A DNA stretch of 64,000 nt from an uncultured Rhabdochlamydiaceae bacterium (GTDB lineage Bacteria > Chlamydiota > Chlamydiia > Chlamydiales > Rhabdochlamydiaceae), in the NCBI GenBank assembly GCA_963712275.1, contig CAVQHD010000001.1, forward strand, positions 1,152,001 to 1,216,000, read 5' to 3'. Under the pieces are notes generated by a model that was not told the DNA's origin, searched no databases, and saw only the letters and a program-made list of their open reading frames with translations. A program made the position numbers and the translations under genes. Positions 32,113 through 41,792 of this stretch are shown one piece after another (the stretch's first letter is position 1; every line of letters starts with the position of its first letter).

Positions 32113-33339
32113 TCAATGCTGAGCAGTGGAATCGTAGCTGATTCCTGAGAGTGCTGGGATTTGAGCACGCCGTTTTTCATACATGAAAAGAATAGGAAGA
32201 ATCAAGACGACGGTTCCGGCAATAATAGCAGCGAGTGGGTAGATAGTCGCATTGTAAAGAGCGCTTGCAAGTCCGACGACAAGAGCTGCGATGAGAAGCC
32301 TTGTGCTTGTGAGCAGGCTTGCAGTAATTCCTTTAATATGGGGAAGGATTTCCATCCCTTCTGGGAAATAGAGCCCAATAATCCAATTAGCTCCAAAAGC
32401 ATACAGCAGAATTCCACTGGTCAAAAGGTAAGGGTCTCGCGGTGCGAAGAGAGCTGTGACCCCAAATCCAAGTCCTCCAAGGGCAGATAAGATAACTCCC
32501 GCCTTTTTGACATTTAAAGCTCCCCATTTAGCAATGGACCGTTTTAGGACAAAGCTTCCCACCAGCCATGCGCCCAGGATTGCGGCTTGGAAAAAGGGGA
32601 AGAGAGACTTGCTCATTCCTAGCTCAACCACAAAGAGAACCGATGTCCCTGAAAGGAAAGCGATATAGCCTGCAAATAAAAGGCTTGTTGCAAGGGTGAG
32701 TTGCCAAAAAGAGACGCTGCAGAAGGCCTGTTTAAAATCTCCTAGAACAGCTCTTGGCTGAAACGATGTCCGTTTGTCTTTGGAAAGCGTCTCCTTGAAA
32801 AAGAGGCTGCACACAACAAAGCTGATCAAAACAAAAATCGCAATGGCAAGGAAGTTAGAGCGAAACCCAAACGCATGATTGAGGTATCCGCCGATCATCG
32901 GAGCGGCCGCCATTGTGAGAGGAATAATCATATTTAGTGTATTGAGTGCTGAAATGGCTCGATCTTTTTGAAAGGCATCGAAAAGAATCGCCGTTCCCAG
33001 CGTGAAGCACCCTCCGCTACCAAGCCCCTGTAGAACACGCCCCCATAACATTTGATCCAAACTTTGTGCAACAAGGGTCACGATACTTCCAGCTAAAAAC
33101 ATTCCTAGCGCTATCATAAGCGGTTTTTTACGCCCAAAAGCATCGGAGAGAGGCCCATAAAGGGGGCCTGAAATGCAAATTCCGGCGAAGTTCCAGGTAA
33201 GAAGGCTTTGAATGGCTCCTTCCGAAGCGGAAAACCATTCCATCATATCTGGAAAGGCAGGCAAATAAATATCAGTCTCAATGCATGCTGCAATGAAAAT
33301 GATAAAAATCAATAACAAGTACTTTAGTTCTGTGCTCAT
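32113..33339 (-). CDS. Bcr/CflA-family MFS efflux transporter
   Basis: DIYLPAFP, YGPLSDAFGRKK, about 12 TM segments. Confidence 0.93.
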   Translation of the reverse strand: MSTELKYLLLIFIIFIAACIETDIYLPAFPDMMEWFSASEGAIQSLLTWNFAGICISGPLYGPLSDAFGRKKPLMIALGMFLAGSIVTLVAQSLDQMLWGRVLQGLGSGGCFTLGTAILFDAFQKDRAISALNTLNMIIPLTMAAAPMIGGYLNHAFGFRSNFLAIAIFVLISFVVCSLFFKETLSKDKRTSFQPRAVLGDFKQAFCSVSFWQLTLATSLLFAGYIAFLSGTSVLFVVELGMSKSLFPFFQAAILGAWLVGSFVLKRSIAKWGALNVKKAGVILSALGGLGFGVTALFAPRDPYLLTSGILLYAFGANWIIGLYFPEGMEILPHIKGITASLLTSTRLLIAALVVGLASALYNATIYPLAAIIAGTVVLILPILFMYEKRRAQIPALSGISYDSTAQH

Positions 33340-33387
33340 AGGGCTGTCTTTGTCAGAGAGACTATAACAGATCGTCCAATAGGATGC

Positions 33388-34665
33388 TTAGGTAAATCTT
33401 TCTTTGAGCGAGCTGAGGGGAGGATCTAAAGCCAGTTCAACAAATTGTTGATTGGGGTGGTTCTGGAGGTAGCGGAAAAGTTTCCCTTTAGAAAGAGGGA
33501 TGGGTTTATTTTGAATCAAGCAAGTCAACTGATTGACGCATTCTTCAGTTAACGATTCTCGGTTAACGCCCTTAGCTAGGGGCCAAGCCGTCCACGGACA
33601 TTGCGCTAATTCTTCTGAAATTGTTTGTACGTAAATGGTGCCGTCCGGAGCTTTCATTCTAAAGCGGAGCTTTATGCGAGTCTCAATATTCGTATTCAAT
33701 AGCTTATCTTCGGCAAAGGTTCGTTCAATGGGATGTTTAGCAGGCGAATCAAAGTTAGGGAGACAGGGGATAGATAAAAACGTAAATGGGCCTATGCACT
33801 CGATTAAATGACGAATCAAATTTCTGCCATAGTTCGGCTTTTCCTTGCGATAATAACCAACGGGATGGCCGCAGAGTCTTTTGCAAAGGCCAAAATAAAG
33901 CTGATCCTGGTCAAATTTTCTAAAATGTGGGAAAAGGCACTCGTTGATTTCAATTGAAAACTTCTTTTTTAAGGCAGTAAAGGGATAAGTGGTACTGCCT
34001 GCAAAGAAGTCGCTTTCATAGCAAATATATAAAGCCTTGCATGTACGTGCAAGTCTTCCTATTTCCACCGGCGATAGGTATTTGCAACACTGGGTGAAAA
34101 TCTCAGTGATTTGCAAAGCGGGAACAGGTTCTGGAGCAGTTAATGAGATTTTATCTGCAAACTTGACCATTTCTGGCAAATCTTTCGATTCTTGATAGAC
34201 TTTTTTAAACTCTTCTAGCGGATCTCTGACAAAAACTGTGTAGGGGACTTTGGATATTTGATGAGAGGGAATAGGAGGAGGAGCGTTAAAAAATGATGAA
34301 AAAGCATGAGGCCATCGATCCAGCAAAAATAGGCGAGTTTTGTGTGCAAGAACCGCGATGAAAATAATGATGAAAAGAAAGGTCGCAAGTAGTGCAACTA
34401 CGAAAATGGCAAATAAAATTTTTAAAATAAACATAGTAATTACAGCAGTTGCTAATAGTGTCGGGATTTTTAATAGGATTGGTAATCGATAAAAGGCTTG
34501 CTCTACAGAAGCTGCACCTCTGAAAATGGCCTTGGAAGCGACTTTTGATATCGACTTTGATGACCAAGTCGAGACCTGCCCCATAGGAGAGGCGGAAGAA
34601 GGCACTAGAGACAAAATTGAACCTATCATGCAAAAAAGTATACTAAAAAACCGACTTCTTAACAA
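33388..34665 (-). CDS. Membrane-anchored protein with F-box-like motif (effector candidate); start uncertain
   Basis: Hydrophobic stretch of about 40 aa, then ITEIFTQCCKYLSPVEIGRLARTCKALY. Confidence 0.65.
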   Translation of the reverse strand: MLRSRFFSILFCMIGSILSLVPSSASPMGQVSTWSSKSISKVASKAIFRGAASVEQAFYRLPILLKIPTLLATAVITMFILKILFAIFVVALLATFLFIIIFIAVLAHKTRLFLLDRWPHAFSSFFNAPPPIPSHQISKVPYTVFVRDPLEEFKKVYQESKDLPEMVKFADKISLTAPEPVPALQITEIFTQCCKYLSPVEIGRLARTCKALYICYESDFFAGSTTYPFTALKKKFSIEINECLFPHFRKFDQDQLYFGLCKRLCGHPVGYYRKEKPNYGRNLIRHLIECIGPFTFLSIPCLPNFDSPAKHPIERTFAEDKLLNTNIETRIKLRFRMKAPDGTIYVQTISEELAQCPWTAWPLAKGVNRESLTEECVNQLTCLIQNKPIPLSKGKLFRYLQNHPNQQFVELALDPPLSSLKERFT

Positions 34666-34827
34666 ACTCTTTGTATTATCATTAACTCTTTTAGTGATAG
34701 ATAACGGTCTTTAAATCAATAGGTTCAACTCACTCTAGCGTGGTCTTTGTTTCGAAAGTTTCTTTTGTTGCGAGTATTTCGAATAAATGCTATCTTAGAA
34801 TAAGAACTACAATACAAGGAGTATTCT

Positions 34828-35298
34828 ATGGGTATTCAATCATTTCGTATTCCTGACCCTATCATGCCAAGCGAAAGCGAAGTAGAGTTAGCTCGGATAT
34901 CCAGCCGTATTTTGTCTACAATAACTTTGAAAAAAGCCAAATCTATTGATATTTTGCTTGAAACGGACAATCATCACCGCAACACTGTAACATTACCCTT
35001 TTCTGCTTTTAATCTTTTGATCACTATTTTAACTCAAATGGCTGAAGGGAACGCGGTGACCTTAATCCCTATTCATGCTGAACTCACTACTCAAGAAGCC
35101 GCTGATTTACTGAATGTTTCACGCCCATACCTTATTCGTCTTTTAGAAGAAAAAAAGATTCCCTTTCGTAAAGTAGGAACAAGAAGACGTATTTTATTTC
35201 AAGATTTAATGGATTATAAAGCTAAAATCGATAAAGCACGTCATAAAATTTTAGATGAATTGACAGAAGAGGCGCAAAATTTAGACATGGGATATTAA
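34828..35298 (+). CDS. Excisionase-like HTH_17 DNA-binding protein (putative antitoxin)
   Basis: ELTTQEAADLLNVSRPYLIRLLE...KVGTRRRI. Confidence 0.92.
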   Translation: MGIQSFRIPDPIMPSESEVELARISSRILSTITLKKAKSIDILLETDNHHRNTVTLPFSAFNLLITILTQMAEGNAVTLIPIHAELTTQEAADLLNVSRPYLIRLLEEKKIPFRKVGTRRRILFQDLMDYKAKIDKARHKILDELTEEAQNLDMGY

Positions 35299-35868
35299 AT
35301 GGCTAATTTTATTGTCATCTATGACTCTTGTGTCCTCTACCCAGCTCCTCTTCGTGATTTATTGATGCGGCTTGCGATGACCGATCTTTATCAGGCAAAA
35401 TGGACAAAGGACATCCATCGAGAATGGATGCGCAATCTTTTAAAAAATCGTCCTGATCTGTCGGAAGAACGGTTAGAGAAAACGCGATCTAAGATGGATT
35501 TGCATGTCAGGGATTGTCTTGTCGAAGGATATGAAGAATTGATCGGGGGTTTAAATTTGCCAGACCCCAAGGATCGACATGTTCTAGCAGCAGCTATCAG
35601 AGCAAATGCACAAACAATTGTAACCTACAATCTCTCGGATTTTCCCTTACGGGCCATTTCTAAATATGACATCGATGCCCAACATCCTGATGAATTTTTG
35701 CGGCATTTACTGGATTTGTCTCCAGCCAAAATTATGCGTACAGTACAAGAGACAAGATTAAGTCTAAAAAATCCTCCTAAAAGCTCGGATGAATATTTAG
35801 CAATCTTGGAAAAACAATCACTTCCTCAAATGGTCGCCTGCTTGAAGGAATATTCATGGCTTATTTGA
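35299..35868 (+). CDS. PIN-domain protein (PIN_3/VapC-like)
   Basis: VIYDSCVLYP, LPDPKDRHVLAAAI, IVTYNLSDFP; abuts the HTH gene. Confidence 0.92.
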   Translation: MANFIVIYDSCVLYPAPLRDLLMRLAMTDLYQAKWTKDIHREWMRNLLKNRPDLSEERLEKTRSKMDLHVRDCLVEGYEELIGGLNLPDPKDRHVLAAAIRANAQTIVTYNLSDFPLRAISKYDIDAQHPDEFLRHLLDLSPAKIMRTVQETRLSLKNPPKSSDEYLAILEKQSLPQMVACLKEYSWLI

Positions 35869-35915
35869 AGGCGCGTTTCAGCAGATCAATACAAAAGATT
35901 GTACGGTCACTCTAA

Positions 35916-36085
35916 GAAGCTGTCTTAAAACTCAGGTTTCGTCGCTTTTTGGAGGATTTTTGGCCAATTTTCGCTTTATTTGGTGGGGGTAATATACGAA
36001 AGTTGATATAACCCCCACCAAATAAAGCGAAAATTGGCTCAAAAAGCCCCAAAAATCGACAGAAACTGAGTTTTAAGACAGCTTC
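35916..36085. mobile_element. 170-bp fold-back MITE-like element, copy A
   Basis: 75-nt inverted arms with a 20-nt loop; termini GAAGCTGTCTTAAAACTCAG; flanked by a TAA direct repeat (35913-35915, 36086-36088). Confidence 0.88.
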
Positions 36086-38217
36086 TAAGAAAGCTGCACC
36101 CGCCCCAGCGGCTGGATGCGCATCTCAGGGACGATCTCTTGGTAGGAGACGACGGGAAGGTCGGGGTATTCTCCCTCGATGAGTTTTCGGGCAAATCGCC
36201 TGACGTCGATCGCGGTGAGGAGGACGGGGGGCTGGCCGCCGGCTGGGGTCGGAACGATGACGGAGCGCATCGCTTGCATGATCATTTGAACAGAGTCAGG
36301 ATCGAGGGCTAGGTAGGAGCCGGCAGAGGTTTGTTTGATGGCGCCGCGGATCATGTCTTCAATGACGGGATCGAGGAGGTAGACGGCTAGGACTGACTGT
36401 CCTTGAGAGTATTTGTAGCTGATATACCGTTTGAGAGAGGATCGGACGTATTCTGTCAAAAGAACGGTGTCTTTTTCCGTTTGAGCCCATTCACTGAGCG
36501 CCTCTAAGATGGTACGGAGGTCTTTAATCGAAATTTGCTCTTGGACAAGGCGGCGGAAAATCTCCGTGAGCTTTTGAAGGGGGACAAGACGGGTGACCTC
36601 TTTGACAAGATCGGGATACGACTTTTCAACAAACTCTAAAATCGCTCGGACTTCCTGGATGCCGATAAAGTCGCTCGCATGCATGCGGTAAAAGTACGAG
36701 AGATGAAGAATCATCACCTCTTGAGCTTTCCAGAACTTGATTCCCGCTTTTTGGAGAACCTCTTGGTACCTCGTGTCAACCCAAATCGAAGGTTGTCCAA
36801 ACACCGTTTTTGTCTGGGTGAAAGGAAGGTTGTATTTTCGAAGGATTTCGGAGGATTCATTAACGAGGAGAAACCCTTCAGGGATTTTTCCACGGACGAC
36901 AGGAACTTCATTCAGATAGATCGCATATTCATCAGATTCTAGCCCCGGAGCGTCGGTGCGGACATGGACCCCCGGGAACCTGACCCCTAAGTCTTGATAA
37001 AGGGCATGCCGCATTTTGGGGATCATCTCTTCGATAAATGTCATCCCTCCCCGGTCTTTTTTCATGAGCTGAGAGAGGGTTTTCCCAACTTCTAGAATAA
37101 CGGGAAGCGTCAGGGCATATTCGTCACTGGGGCCTCGGACCATTGTATGTCCTTCGACATCGGCCCCCCCCATTCCCGCAACAGCGCCGGTCGCTACTTT
37201 AGCGGCCATTTTTTTCGCTTTATACAACCTGGTTGTGCCAATGCTGCCTAAAAGAAGGGCAAGGATGATAAAGATCGTTCTTGGGAAGCCTGGAATAAAC
37301 GACATCAGAAGGAGAACAGCGGCAGCGATGATGATCGCTTTTGGCTGCCCTAAAAGCTGAGTGCTAATTTCTTTTCCAAGAGGAGAATCTTTTTTATCAC
37401 TTGAAACACGGGTGGTGACAATCCCTGCTGTCATTGAAATGAGAAGAGAGGGGATCTGGGAGACAAGGCCTGAGCCGATCGAAAGAAGGGTATAGGTTTG
37501 GGCTGCCTGAAGCGCTGACATATGGTGCATAGAGACCCCGATAATCAGACCCCCGATAATGTTGATGACGGCAATCACGATTCCCGCGATGACATCTCCC
37601 TTGACGAACTTCATCGCTCCGTCCATCGCTCCATACAGCTGGCTTTCCTTGGCCAAAGCGAGGCGAAGTTCTCTCGCTTGATTCGCATCGATGATCCCGC
37701 TGCGCATGTCGGCGTCGATGCTCATTTGTTTACCGGGCATCGCATCCAAGGTAAACCGGGCAGCGACTTCCGCAACACGCTCCGCACCCTTTGTGACGAC
37801 GATGAATTGAACGATCGTGATGATTAAGAAGACGACGCCGCCAACGACAAAGTTTCCTCCTACTACAAAGTTTCCGAAGGTTTGGATGATGTGGCCTGCA
37901 TAGGCGTAGAGTAAAATTTGCTTTGTGGCAGAAATTTCAATTCCTAAGCGAAAGAGCGTTGTGATAAGGAGAAGAGAGGGGAACATCGACAAGTTAACTG
38001 CTTTGGGAATGTAAAGAGCAACCATCATCAGGGCAATAGAAACCGTCATGTTGATGGCAATCAAATTATCCAAAAAAGTCGGGGAGACGGGAATGATGAT
38101 CATCATGATGATCGTGATCACGAAAAAGGCTAAAATGACGTCGCTCGATTGAGAAAGGACCTTAAGAACTTTTTCTCCTCCCAGCAGACGGGCTAGGGAT
38201 TGCCAGAAATTTTTCAT
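36085..38217 (-). CDS. cdsV: T3SS export gate CdsV/SctV
   Basis: GAERVAEVAARFTLDAMPGKQMSIDAD, GAMDGAMKFVKGD; ATG 38217 overlaps the cdsU stop. Confidence 0.96.
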   Translation of the reverse strand: MKNFWQSLARLLGGEKVLKVLSQSSDVILAFFVITIIMMIIIPVSPTFLDNLIAINMTVSIALMMVALYIPKAVNLSMFPSLLLITTLFRLGIEISATKQILLYAYAGHIIQTFGNFVVGGNFVVGGVVFLIITIVQFIVVTKGAERVAEVAARFTLDAMPGKQMSIDADMRSGIIDANQARELRLALAKESQLYGAMDGAMKFVKGDVIAGIVIAVINIIGGLIIGVSMHHMSALQAAQTYTLLSIGSGLVSQIPSLLISMTAGIVTTRVSSDKKDSPLGKEISTQLLGQPKAIIIAAAVLLLMSFIPGFPRTIFIILALLLGSIGTTRLYKAKKMAAKVATGAVAGMGGADVEGHTMVRGPSDEYALTLPVILEVGKTLSQLMKKDRGGMTFIEEMIPKMRHALYQDLGVRFPGVHVRTDAPGLESDEYAIYLNEVPVVRGKIPEGFLLVNESSEILRKYNLPFTQTKTVFGQPSIWVDTRYQEVLQKAGIKFWKAQEVMILHLSYFYRMHASDFIGIQEVRAILEFVEKSYPDLVKEVTRLVPLQKLTEIFRRLVQEQISIKDLRTILEALSEWAQTEKDTVLLTEYVRSSLKRYISYKYSQGQSVLAVYLLDPVIEDMIRGAIKQTSAGSYLALDPDSVQMIMQAMRSVIVPTPAGGQPPVLLTAIDVRRFARKLIEGEYPDLPVVSYQEIVPEMRIQPLGRVQLS

Positions 38218-39275
38218 TGGAAGAGCTCTCCTTCTTCTTTGAGCCGTTTTACCCACTGCAGAATCTCCGCAACGGCTTCATATGTCTCGTCTGGAATATA
38301 ATCGCCGATTTTCCCTTTCTGGGAAAGGGTTTGTGCAAGGGAGACGTTTCTCATGATAGGAACACCTGCTTCTTGCCCAAACCGGACGATTTGATCTGCA
38401 ACGATTCCCTGTCCCATCGTGACAATACGGGGAGCGGGCTCTTTTTCTTCGTGGTATTCAATGGCTACAGCAAGGTGAATAGGGTTTGTAATGATCGCGC
38501 GTGCCCTTCTTGCCGATATCGGCCCCTCTTGGTAAGCAATTTCTTGAGCCGTCTGTCGTCTTCGGCTTTTGAGGTGGGGATCTCCCTCCGTGTCGCGGAA
38601 TTCCTGCTTCACTTCAAATTTTTCCATCTTCATTTCTTTCCCGAAGTTATACCGTTGGAAGGCAAGGTCAAAAATGGCTACAATCAAGAAAAAAATACCA
38701 ACGCGGATGATCACCTTAAACAAGAAATCGGAAAAGACGACTGCAGCCCCCACAGGCGGCATAGCCGCAGTAGAGACGATCTCGGGAATGCTATTGTAAA
38801 TCACCGAGTAAATCAAAATCATCGCGCCTGCAATTTTTAAAATCGATTTTAAAAGCTCAATCCATGTTTTGATCTTAAACATGTTTTTAAGGTTTGTCAC
38901 AGGATTGAGTCTTTTGGGATCGATTTTCAGGACTTCTCCTGAAAAAACGGGACCGACAATCAGAAAGGTGACAAGAACGCCGATGAAGGCCGTAATGAGG
39001 GCAATGGGGAGAGTGCTTTGCAGAATGACTAGAAGCGACTGGCCCAGAATGCCTCCAATGCGGGAAGAGAAGTCGGTTGTGCTCCCAATGCTTTTAAAAG
39101 TGCTTACCATGAACCCAGCCATCTGCTCAAAAAGAAATTTTGTGCTAAAAAGGGTGACGGCAACCGATACAATAAAGGTGAATGCGGAAGGAAAGTCTTG
39201 AGACTTGGCAACCTGCCCTTTTTTACGCGCATCGCGTAGCTTTTTCGGGGTCGCCTTTTCTGTTTTTTCTGCCAT
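38214..39275 (-). CDS. cdsU: T3SS switch protein CdsU/SctU
   Basis: MAEKTEKATPKKLRDARKKGQ, EGDP, autocleavage site NPIH (NPTH variant). Confidence 0.96.
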   Translation of the reverse strand: MAEKTEKATPKKLRDARKKGQVAKSQDFPSAFTFIVSVAVTLFSTKFLFEQMAGFMVSTFKSIGSTTDFSSRIGGILGQSLLVILQSTLPIALITAFIGVLVTFLIVGPVFSGEVLKIDPKRLNPVTNLKNMFKIKTWIELLKSILKIAGAMILIYSVIYNSIPEIVSTAAMPPVGAAVVFSDFLFKVIIRVGIFFLIVAIFDLAFQRYNFGKEMKMEKFEVKQEFRDTEGDPHLKSRRRQTAQEIAYQEGPISARRARAIITNPIHLAVAIEYHEEKEPAPRIVTMGQGIVADQIVRFGQEAGVPIMRNVSLAQTLSQKGKIGDYIPDETYEAVAEILQWVKRLKEEGELFQ

Positions 39276-39589
39276 TGGGTACTAGAATTAATCGTACCGT
39301 ATGCAGTGGAATTTTAGCAAAGTGCTGATTGTAAAGGGATGCAACTATAAGTGGTGGAAAGCAAATTCTTGAAAAGATCCTGGTTATACGCGATATGCGA
39401 ATTTTTCTGGTAGGTCGATAGAAAAATAGCAGGAGTACTTTGTTACATGGCAGCAACACGATTAACGATGGAAACGATACAACGATAAAAGTTAGAGCCA
39501 AGGCCCCGAAAGAAATTCCATCGTTTTAATCGTTACATCTAAGGTTGAATGTAAAATGTTTTTATGGCACATGGTTGTTTGAGATCCCT

Positions 39590-40126
39590 ATGACAAAAAA
39601 ATCTATCCCTTTATCACAAGTTTATCGATTGCTTGAGCCGGGACCTGTGGTGATGGTTACGACTGCTGACGAGGATAAGGCTAATGTGATGACCATGTCA
39701 TGGCATATGATGATCGATTTTGAGCCGCCGATTTTAGGGTGTGTGATCAGCGATCAAAATGCCACCTTTAAGGTCTTAAAAAAAACAAAAGAGTGCGTAA
39801 TTAATATCCCCACTGTTGCGCTAGCTGCAAAAGTTGTCGGGGTTGGAAATACGTCGGGGCGCACCGTCGATAAGTTTGAGAAATTTCAGCTTGCAAAGGA
39901 AGAGGCTTCGCAGGTAAAAGCCCCGCTTCTGACAGAGTGTTATGCGAACCTTGAGTGCAAGGTGATCGATATGAAAATGGCCGCAAAATACAACATATTC
40001 ATCCTAGAGGTTCTCAAAGCGTGGATCAGGCCTGCGAAAAAAAGGGCGCGTATGATTCACTATTGCGGAAAAGGCGTTTTTGTCGTTGACGGAGAGATCT
40101 TTAAGCTTCCTTCGAGAAAGAAGTAA
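39590..40126 (+). CDS. Flavin reductase-family protein
   Basis: YRLLEPGPVVMVT, NVMTMSWHM, ECYANLEC. Confidence 0.9.
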   Translation: MTKKSIPLSQVYRLLEPGPVVMVTTADEDKANVMTMSWHMMIDFEPPILGCVISDQNATFKVLKKTKECVINIPTVALAAKVVGVGNTSGRTVDKFEKFQLAKEEASQVKAPLLTECYANLECKVIDMKMAAKYNIFILEVLKAWIRPAKKRARMIHYCGKGVFVVDGEIFKLPSRKK

Positions 40127-40139
40127 ACTTCTCAGAATT

Positions 40140-41780
40140 TTAATCATCCCCGAAAGTGAAGGCATAAGCTTTGATGCCTGGAGGCACTTTTATAGAGAGC
40201 AGATGTCTTTTGTAAGAGGTGGTGACGATATCGTATTTTCTATCGCCATCGATCTCAATTTTGCCATGAAATTCGCCATCTAGGATAACCTCAAGGGGAG
40301 CTAGGCTGGATCCTGCTAAGACGAGGTGGACACGTGTTGCCAAGAAATTACAATCTAGATAGCTGTTATCCCCTTCCGCCAAAATATATTCCTCTTCTGC
40401 ACGCCAGGGTCCTCGGAGTCCTATTAGATCATTTCTCAAAGGGGCTGTATATTGATAATCAACTGTTTGGTTTGCAGTCACACTCATTTGGTAGCTGCGG
40501 CCTCTAGAAAGTCCTAAGTAGGTTTCAGGGGAAATTAAGCGCGTGGTCTGCTTTGGTTCTTGCATCTCCAAGGGATTTAATCCTAAAAGCGCGCGAATGC
40601 CGTTTTCTGTTTCAACGTAAGCCCCTTCCCCAAAGTGCACCATACGAATAATCCCCTCTTGATCAATGAGAAAATGGGCTGGCCAATAATGGTTATGGTA
40701 GGCATTCCAAGTCGCATAATGATTGTCGAGGGCAATGGGATATTTGATTCCTAATCTTTCAGCAGCTTGTTTGACGTTGTTGTAATCTTTTTCAAATTCA
40801 AACTCAGGCGTATGGACGCCAATAATGACAAATCCATAACTTTTGTAATCATAATACCAATTTTTAAGATAGGGAAGAGTTCTCAGGCAATTGATGCAGC
40901 TGTAGGTCCAGAAATCGATTAAAACAACTTTTCCTTTCAGCTGAGATAAAGTGAGGGGAGGGGAGTTGATCCATCCGACAATTCCAGTGAGCTCTGGGGC
41001 CTTTCCACTTTCCGATAAAATCTCTTGCCCTTCTATGGCCTTTAACTGTTTCCCAATAGGGAGGTTCTTTTCCGAAAGCAGCTCAGGGAAAAAATGGGAT
41101 AATTTCTCATTCAGAAGCATAGTCCAATTAAATGTTAATAAGAGAGCAAACAAGAGCATCAAAACGCCAAAAAACTGTCGAATCCGCTCTGAATAACGGG
41201 AAAGAAAACGGGAGGTTTGGATGAGTTTTGCACTGCCATAGGCAAAAAGAAACATCGGAATGCCCGCTCCGATGCTATAAGAGAGGGTCATCAAAACAGC
41301 GGCCGCATTGATCGATTGAGTAGCGACAAGAGTTGTGATCGCTCCAAGAATAGGTCCTGCACAAGGTGTCCAAAGCAGACCCAAAGCTAAGCCAAAAAAA
41401 ATCCCTCCCCAAAAACCAGGGCGCTGCTTTGACCCTGGGATTTTCTGACCGAGGTTTGCAATGGGAGCTGTCACTTTTGCAAACCAATTGGACAATTTAG
41501 GAAAAGTCATTACAAGGCCAAAAAAGAAAATAAGGACGATCGCAACGGAACGGAGAATGTTTGGAGAGAGTCCAGTTGTATGAACGAGCCACGTAAGGGC
41601 TAGAGTAAAAAAAGAAAAACTGGAAATAAGGCCTAGAATGGTGCCTAAAGGACGAAGCCGTCCTTCAGCAACCCCTGCAGCCAAAATAGCAGGAAGCACA
41701 GGTACAATACAGGGGGAAAGGGCTGTAAAAATCCCCCCTAAAAAAGAAAATACAAGCAAAAGTAACATCAGCTCAACCAA
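40140..41780 (-). CDS. dipZ: DipZ-like protein (CcdA membrane domain plus thioredoxin-like domain)
   Basis: LSPCIVPVLP, WTPCAGPILG, DFWTYSCINC. Confidence 0.92.
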   Translation of the reverse strand: MVELMLLLLVFSFLGGIFTALSPCIVPVLPAILAAGVAEGRLRPLGTILGLISSFSFFTLALTWLVHTTGLSPNILRSVAIVLIFFFGLVMTFPKLSNWFAKVTAPIANLGQKIPGSKQRPGFWGGIFFGLALGLLWTPCAGPILGAITTLVATQSINAAAVLMTLSYSIGAGIPMFLFAYGSAKLIQTSRFLSRYSERIRQFFGVLMLLFALLLTFNWTMLLNEKLSHFFPELLSEKNLPIGKQLKAIEGQEILSESGKAPELTGIVGWINSPPLTLSQLKGKVVLIDFWTYSCINCLRTLPYLKNWYYDYKSYGFVIIGVHTPEFEFEKDYNNVKQAAERLGIKYPIALDNHYATWNAYHNHYWPAHFLIDQEGIIRMVHFGEGAYVETENGIRALLGLNPLEMQEPKQTTRLISPETYLGLSRGRSYQMSVTANQTVDYQYTAPLRNDLIGLRGPWRAEEEYILAEGDNSYLDCNFLATRVHLVLAGSSLAPLEVILDGEFHGKIEIDGDRKYDIVTTSYKRHLLSIKVPPGIKAYAFTFGDD

Positions 41781-41792
41781 ATTCGGTAGAGC

